A stretch of 64,000 bases of DNA from Gammaproteobacteria bacterium (GTDB taxonomy: Bacteria; Pseudomonadota; Gammaproteobacteria; Pseudomonadales; JAUIET01): positions 109,190 through 173,189 of the forward strand of contig JAUIHW010000003.1 of assembly GCA_030431775.1 (NCBI GenBank), in the 5' to 3' direction. Each line of letters begins with the position of its first letter. Position 1 is the first letter of the stretch. Position numbers and translations under genes: made by a program. The notes beneath the pieces were generated by a model, which ran no database searches, was not told the origin of the DNA, and was given only the letters and a program-made list of their open reading frames with translations. Of the stretch, positions 58,803-64,000 are shown one piece after another.

Positions 58803-59960
58803 TCATAACGCATTTACTCCTGTTAGGGCGCGACCAATGATCAATTGCTGTATCTGGCTGGTGCCTTCTGGAATAGGCAGAATGAGTGCCTCACGAGCCA
58901 GTTTCTCCACCATGAAATCCGTGGTCACGCCGTTGCCGCCATGTATCTGTACTGCCTGACGTGTCACCTTCACCGCGGCCTCGCAGGCAAAGTACTTTGC
59001 CATTGCCGCCTCCATCTCTGCTGACAAATCGGCCTCTATCATTTGTGCAGCCCGGTAACAAAGTAATCGGGCCGCATCCACCTGAGTTGCCATCTCCGCA
59101 AGCATTGCGGAGATCAACTGATGTCCCGCTATCTTCTTACCACGCTGCACACGTTCCTGTGCGTAGTGCACAGCTTCGTGGAGGGCTCGGCGCGCAATTC
59201 CAACTGCGCACAACGCAACAAACACACGTGAACGCTCGAATAGGGCCAGTGTATTTCTTAAACCCTCTCCCTTCTCTCCAAGCATGTTGTGAGCAGGAAC
59301 AACAATTTCTGGAAGAAAAACCTGCGCTGTAGACTGGCTATTCAATGCCACCTTCTTAATATTCTGAACCTCATACGGGTGCTCGCTACGGTCCAGCAGA
59401 AAATGCGTTAAGCCTCCACGCGGTTCATCGCTGGTTCGGCAGGTACAGATCAACACGTCCGAATATGCACCGTTTGATATCCAGGTTTTTTCACCGCTCA
59501 AAACATAGTTTTCACCTGTGCTACGCGCTCGTGCCTTGATCTCGACTACATTGGAGCCAACATCCGGCTCGGAAATCGCAATCGATACAAACCGGCTCCC
59601 ATTGACCAATCCCGGAAGGTAACGTTCAAGCAATGCCTCGGACGCAAGTTTCTCCAGCATGTAGGCACCAAATGAGTTAATCAGCACTAATAGCGCGAGG
59701 TCACAGGATGTGAAGGCCACTTCCTCAAACAGCATGGCATTGGTTAGCCAGTCCGCTCCGAGTCCGCCATATTCTTCCGAAACAACCCCGGATACGAGCC
59801 CAAATTCCGCCAGCTGTTGTGTGACAGGCAGCAGTTTTTCTTTGGGCACAAAGGTGTCGCGATAATCGTGCCAGTAGAGTGGTTCCACTTCCGCCTTCAG
59901 AAAGCGACTAAGCGAATCGAGGGCCAGCGCCTGTTGTTCCGTTCTGAACACATGCCCCAT
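58803..59960 (-). CDS. Acyl-CoA dehydrogenase
   Basis: The start MGHVFRTEQQ is at 59960 with a GGAG SD. ..EEYGGLGADW.., ..KTWISNGAYSDVL.. and ..QIHGGNGVTTDFMVEKLAREA.. are present. Confidence 0.9.
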   Translation of the reverse strand: MGHVFRTEQQALALDSLSRFLKAEVEPLYWHDYRDTFVPKEKLLPVTQQLAEFGLVSGVVSEEYGGLGADWLTNAMLFEEVAFTSCDLALLVLINSFGAYMLEKLASEALLERYLPGLVNGSRFVSIAISEPDVGSNVVEIKARARSTGENYVLSGEKTWISNGAYSDVLICTCRTSDEPRGGLTHFLLDRSEHPYEVQNIKKVALNSQSTAQVFLPEIVVPAHNMLGEKGEGLRNTLALFERSRVFVALCAVGIARRALHEAVHYAQERVQRGKKIAGHQLISAMLAEMATQVDAARLLCYRAAQMIEADLSAEMEAAMAKYFACEAAVKVTRQAVQIHGGNGVTTDFMVEKLAREALILPIPEGTSQIQQLIIGRALTGVNAL

Positions 59961-59971
59961 AAAACGCTCCG

Positions 59972-61219
59972 TTAATCGCGCCCGAAAATGCCCACGTGAG
60001 CGACAGACTCCTCGACGCCCCACACCCCGCCGCCATTCTCTTGAATGGCCAAACGCGCATTCGCTACCTGACGAGGTCCCGCCTCATCGCGCAACTGGGT
60101 AACAATTTCAAAAACCTGCCCCAACCCGGTTGCACCGATCGGATGTCCTTTGGATTCCAAACCGCCGGATGGATTGATTGGTAGCCTGCCGCCCAACGCG
60201 GATGCGCCCGATTCCGCAAATTCTCCACCACCACCGCGCGGACAAAACCCCAGATTTTCGGTTTGAATCACCTCTCCCATGGCCGTGGCATCATGAACTT
60301 CGGCAAAATCCATATCCTCAGGCCCCAGACCGACTTGACTGTACGCTGCCTCAGCCGCGAGCCGGGTAACGTGCTGATCGAGCCGGTCCCCCGCTCGCGC
60401 CGTCGCAGTGCGCAATACAGACGCCCGCACGCGAATCGCCCGTCGGTGGTCGAAACCATATTTCGCCAGTGCTGAACCAGTGCACAAGAGGGCGGCCGCA
60501 GCTCCATCCGAGATCGGCGAGCACATTGGTAAAGTCAAAGGGAAGGTAATAGGCGGTGCCTGAAGCACCTCGTCAACCGTGATCGGATCGCGAAACTGAG
60601 CAGATGGATTGTGACGCGCATGGCCACGGTTTTTGGCAGCAACAGTGGCAAGTTGGCGTTGGGTAAGCCCGTATTCACGAATATGGTAGCGACAAAACGC
60701 CGCATACACATCCATAAAAAGGCTGTAGGGCTTTTCCGACACGCTACCAGGCGGTGGGCTGACACCATCGCCGAGCTGTTTCAGCGTTTCAGAATTGGTT
60801 TCACAGGTTTCGATATCCCAGGCAGAATCGAAGGCCGAAAACGTCCTCGCTTTGTCATTGGAGTACAGCTTCTCGGCGCCCACAGCCAGAACGAGATCAG
60901 TGTCGCCGGCTTTGAGCTCTTTGACCGCGAGATGCAACGCGGTGGATGCTGTGGCACAAGCATTTTCAACATTGACGATGGGTATGCCCTGCAAGCCCAG
61001 TGGTAACAGTGCCACTTGGCCTCGAACACAGTGCTGACCCTGCATATGCCCTTGGGTTGAGTTACCGAAGTAGGCAGCCTGAATAAGTTCGGGCGTACAA
61101 CCCGCATCACGAAGTGCATCCGCGACTGCCCGGCTGACCAGATCCTTGATCGACCAATCCAGATGCTTTCCAAACGGCGTCATACCCACACCAACTATGT
61201 AGATTCCTGAACGGTGCAC
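59972..61219 (-). CDS. SCPx / lipid-transfer-protein-type thiolase (second copy)
   Basis: ..IVNVENACATASTALHLA.., ..NPSGGLESKGHPIGATGL.. and ..IQENGGG.. are present. Confidence 0.85.
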   Translation of the reverse strand: MHRSGIYIVGVGMTPFGKHLDWSIKDLVSRAVADALRDAGCTPELIQAAYFGNSTQGHMQGQHCVRGQVALLPLGLQGIPIVNVENACATASTALHLAVKELKAGDTDLVLAVGAEKLYSNDKARTFSAFDSAWDIETCETNSETLKQLGDGVSPPPGSVSEKPYSLFMDVYAAFCRYHIREYGLTQRQLATVAAKNRGHARHNPSAQFRDPITVDEVLQAPPITFPLTLPMCSPISDGAAAALLCTGSALAKYGFDHRRAIRVRASVLRTATARAGDRLDQHVTRLAAEAAYSQVGLGPEDMDFAEVHDATAMGEVIQTENLGFCPRGGGGEFAESGASALGGRLPINPSGGLESKGHPIGATGLGQVFEIVTQLRDEAGPRQVANARLAIQENGGGVWGVEESVAHVGIFGRD

Positions 61220-61260
61220 GCTAAAGAAACCTGAGCTTAGACATCACGCCAGTCATCGGT

Positions 61261-62790
61261 CTAGAAATGAGCTCGAATGTCTTTCTTCAACACTTTTCCA
61301 ACGGCGGAGCGCGGCAGTTCAGGCCAGAAATCAACAGTCTTGGGGGCCTTCAGGCTGCCAAGTTTTGACTTGCACAGAGTGATAAGCTCCTGCTCTGTGG
61401 CGCTTGTTCCGTCTTTTAACTGAACGACAGCTTTGACGGCTTCACCCCATTTGGCGTCGGGAACGCCGATAACCGAGCAGTCGAGCACGGCTGGATGCTC
61501 AGCAATCACAGCCTCAATCTCAGACGGAAAGAGATTGAACCCTCCCGATATAATCATGTCCTTCTTGCGATCGAGAATCGTGATGAAGCCCCGTTCATCC
61601 ATACTTCCCACATCGGTAGTGTGATGCCAGCCATTTGTACTGACCTCGGCCGTTTCCTCCGGGCGTTGGTAGTACCCAGCCATCACCATACTGGTGCGAA
61701 CGACGATCTCACCGCTTTCTCCGGGTGGTAGAAAGTTCCCGGAATCGTCCATGATTGCGACCCGTACACAATCCATCGGCTGGCCTGCGCTGAGCAGCGC
61801 GGCCTCATCAAAACTGCCATCCTGTTGCAGATAATCCTCGGGGCGCTTGTGGAGTACTGGCCCAAGGCTTTCAGTCTGGCCATAGAACTCGTACATCACC
61901 GGACCAAAGACTCTGACCGCTTCTTTAAATTTCTCCGGGGCGATTGGAGCGGCGCCTATGACAATCCCACGCAGCGAACTGAAGTCGGGCCGTTCAGATG
62001 GGTCCTGGGCCAACATGGCGTACAAAGCCGTTGGCGGTACAAACAGATGCGAGACCGCCTGATTTTCAATGGCTTTGAAAACTGCAGGGACATTAAATTC
62101 CGGCAGCACAACAATTCGCGCACCTGCCGACAAAAAGCCAAGCGCAAAGAGTCCTCCCGCATGCGTCATGGGTGCAACAGCAAGATAGACCGATTGTCCG
62201 CTGATCGCATAGGCTCGACGCAAAGCCAACATGCAGTGTTCCATCGAGTGATGTGTATGTCCGACCGCCTTGGACGGACCGGTTGTACCCCCAGTGGGTT
62301 GCAGCATCATCAGTCGTTGCGGATCTTCCTGCGGGGGTAGCTCTGCCTCGCCGACGTCACCCAACCATTCCCCCAGTGATGGACCCAGGTCACTGGACTG
62401 ATCAATACAGATAACACGCAACTCCTGTGGCAATTCGTCCAAGATATCGCTTGCCATAGCCTCAAAGCTTGAGTGATAAAACAGAATGTCGCAGTCCAGA
62501 TTCTGCAGGGTTTCTAGCTGTGCCTGGGTGCTGTTACGCGCATGCAGTGATACCCAAACCTGATCTGCGTGGTTGATCGCCAGTTGCAGCAGCGTGATGC
62601 GGTGGTCGTTAGGGCTCAGAATGGCAATGTGCAGCGGCTCATCACTTGTTACCTCCCTGCATAAGGCTGAGGCTATACGCAATGTCTGCGATCTGGCGGC
62701 GGCAAAAGACAGGTTGGTATGACCGTCGACAAATGCTATGGCATCGGGAGAACGCTCCGCCGTCGCTAGGAAGTAGTCTACAATTCGCAT
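61261..62790 (-). CDS. AMP-dependent acyl-CoA synthetase
   Basis: MLQPTGGTTGPSKAVGHTH, ..YGQTES.., WHHTTDVGSMDERGFITILDRKKD and ..GKVLKK are present. Confidence 0.9.
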   Translation of the reverse strand: MRIVDYFLATAERSPDAIAFVDGHTNLSFAAARSQTLRIASALCREVTSDEPLHIAILSPNDHRITLLQLAINHADQVWVSLHARNSTQAQLETLQNLDCDILFYHSSFEAMASDILDELPQELRVICIDQSSDLGPSLGEWLGDVGEAELPPQEDPQRLMMLQPTGGTTGPSKAVGHTHHSMEHCMLALRRAYAISGQSVYLAVAPMTHAGGLFALGFLSAGARIVVLPEFNVPAVFKAIENQAVSHLFVPPTALYAMLAQDPSERPDFSSLRGIVIGAAPIAPEKFKEAVRVFGPVMYEFYGQTESLGPVLHKRPEDYLQQDGSFDEAALLSAGQPMDCVRVAIMDDSGNFLPPGESGEIVVRTSMVMAGYYQRPEETAEVSTNGWHHTTDVGSMDERGFITILDRKKDMIISGGFNLFPSEIEAVIAEHPAVLDCSVIGVPDAKWGEAVKAVVQLKDGTSATEQELITLCKSKLGSLKAPKTVDFWPELPRSAVGKVLKKDIRAHF

Positions 62791-62804
62791 TGAGTCATCC
62801 TCCT

Positions 62805-63575
62805 CTACCGTCCTTTAAATTCAGGAATGCGCTTTTCGGCAAAAGCTTTGATTCCCTCGGCAAAGTCCTCCGAGCGCATGTGGTCACGCAACTCCAACAG
62901 CTCCTCCTTAAGGGCGTCGGCCTGTGCCTTGTCCGCGGCTGTATTGGCTACACGTTTCATGCGCGCCAGAACTAACGGACTCTTCGCAGCAATTGCTTCA
63001 GCCACGACCTGCACTCGCTCCTGCAACTCTGATGCAGCCACCACCTCATTCACCAGGCCATGCGCAGCCAAACAGGTAGTCGACATTGTTTCGCCGGTAA
63101 ATAACAGTTGCTTAGCAATATTGAGTGGCAGTCTACGAGGCAAAACAGCCGCACCTCCGCCACCGGGAAGCACGCCGAAATTTGCGTGCGCGTCACCGAT
63201 TCGTGCCTGATCGGACGCAATAATCAGGTCGCAGCACAATGCGAGTTCCAAGCCACCGGCCATGGTCAGACCATTAACCGCCGCAATAGCCGGTTTTGGC
63301 AGGTCGCGCAGTAATGAAAAGACACGCGTTGCGCAGTCAAGGAAATCCGGTTCTCCTACCGCAGTAGCTGTGGTGACATCTTTAAGGTCCGCACCGGCAC
63401 AAAACGCCTCGCCCGAGCCGGTTAAAACTACAACGCGTACTGCATCATCATTACGTACTTCTGCCAGGCAGGCTTCAAAGGCTTGCAGGGCAACACGATT
63501 AAGCGCATTCATTTGCGCCGGCCGGTCAAGCGTGATCCATGCGACCCGGTTGTGAGTGTCCAGCTTGATGCTCAT
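62805..63575 (-). CDS. Enoyl-CoA hydratase/isomerase family
   Basis: VVVLTGSGEAFCAGADL..AAVNGLTMAGGLELALCCDL is present. Confidence 0.9.
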   Translation of the reverse strand: MSIKLDTHNRVAWITLDRPAQMNALNRVALQAFEACLAEVRNDDAVRVVVLTGSGEAFCAGADLKDVTTATAVGEPDFLDCATRVFSLLRDLPKPAIAAVNGLTMAGGLELALCCDLIIASDQARIGDAHANFGVLPGGGGAAVLPRRLPLNIAKQLLFTGETMSTTCLAAHGLVNEVVAASELQERVQVVAEAIAAKSPLVLARMKRVANTAADKAQADALKEELLELRDHMRSEDFAEGIKAFAEKRIPEFKGR

Positions 63576-63619
63576 TATTGCTTACTCCAGACAGAAGCCG
63601 ATACATCGGGTTGCAACAT

Positions 63620-64000
63620 TCACCAGTTATAACGAAGCTCAACACCGTAGCTCAATGGCTCGCCCGGTAAACGCATCCAACTCGCCAGGTCATCGGTAGT
63701 CACGTTGACGAAATAATTTTCATCAGTCAGGTTCTTGCCCCACAGTGCTGCCTCCCACTGTCCGCCCGCTTCTGCCACGGTCAAACGAGCACCCAGCAGA
63801 CCGTAGTCTTCCAACTGCTGAAACATGGTTTGTTCAATAATCGACAGGCCCGTGCCAAAGCGGTCGTCACGCCAGCTGTAGTCCAGTTGAGCTGACCAAG
63901 CCAACTGGCCCGCGGTTATGCTGTAACGCCCAAGCAAGGTGTAAGTCAGGTCCGGCGCAAACGGCCGATCGCGCCCTTCCAGAGATTCCAACGTACCGAG
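63620..64000 (-). CDS. TonB-dependent receptor, C-terminal barrel strands only (5' part beyond the window)
   Basis: The reading frame is open to the window edge. The sequence ends ..LWGKNLTDENYF..LSYGVELRYNW, the typical terminal aromatic beta-strand. Confidence 0.8.
   Translation of the reverse strand, partial: LGTLESLEGRDRPFAPDLTYTLLGRYSITAGQLAWSAQLDYSWRDDRFGTGLSIIEQTMFQQLEDYGLLGARLTVAEAGGQWEAALWGKNLTDENYFVNVTTDDLASWMRLPGEPLSYGVELRYNW

Noticed and set aside
1-64000. Scan for tRNA/rRNA genes, CRISPR arrays, IS elements, integrases, phage genes and toxin-antitoxin pairs
   Set aside because: I saw none: no T-loop GGTTCGAATCC-type motifs in a tRNA context, no spaced direct-repeat arrays other than the 21-bp coding repeat, and no transposase- or recombinase-like translations in the ORF track.

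Overview
This 64-kb window is a gene-dense chromosomal segment. Gene content (FadE, SlyD, RfbBACD, three TonB-dependent receptor genes, many CoA-dependent catabolic operons) suggests a moderately GC-rich, probably marine, gammaproteobacterium; this taxonomic call is inference only. I found about 60 CDS and no rRNA, tRNA, CRISPR array, IS or integrase. All family calls come from reading the translations for diagnostic motifs, since no database search was possible.

Layout:
- 1-4325: a caspase-fold protease that runs off the left edge, preceded by a 73-aa micro-ORF made of eight perfect heptapeptide repeats, next to a divergent TM+TPR protein.
- 4328-7316: an operon of APH-like phosphotransferase, SDR and epoxide hydrolase.
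- 8009-12481: an operon of a lipoprotein Ntn acylase (AHL/penicillin acylase type), a DUF2878-like membrane protein, an SDR and an NRDE/TANGO2-like protein.
- 12698-17487: a secreted PQ-rich FN3-like protein and rfbBACD.
- 17476-24117: housekeeping-like lipid genes, including fadE.
- 24207-33792: a TetR-linked operon (acyl-CoA ligase, alpha/beta hydrolase, SDR, amidase, crotonase, double-hotdog hydratase) with a divergent luciferase-like oxidoreductase and a DUF3311/sodium-solute symporter pair.
- 33940-40237: a CaiB-type CoA-transferase, gmaS-mgsABC-like genes (gamma-glutamylation / N-methylglutamate type) without the mgd dehydrogenase, and a PuuR-like XRE-cupin regulator.
- 40476-50735: a TonB receptor, TPP enzyme and AA_synth(DUF1185) protein facing a GntR, amidohydrolase, LLM oxidoreductase and NitT/TauT-type ABC importer. 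The two promoter regions share a 16-mer.
- 50918-54910: an SDR, a DUF385 deazaflavin-type protein, a secreted amidohydrolase and a TetR.
- 54960-64000: a nine-gene beta-oxidation operon for bulky or branched acyl-CoA (two SCPx-type thiolases and a HadAB/ChsH-like split hydratase), preceded by a TonB receptor.

The most unusual item is the repeat micro-ORF plus caspase pair at the left edge. It is truncated by the window, so the evidence is incomplete.
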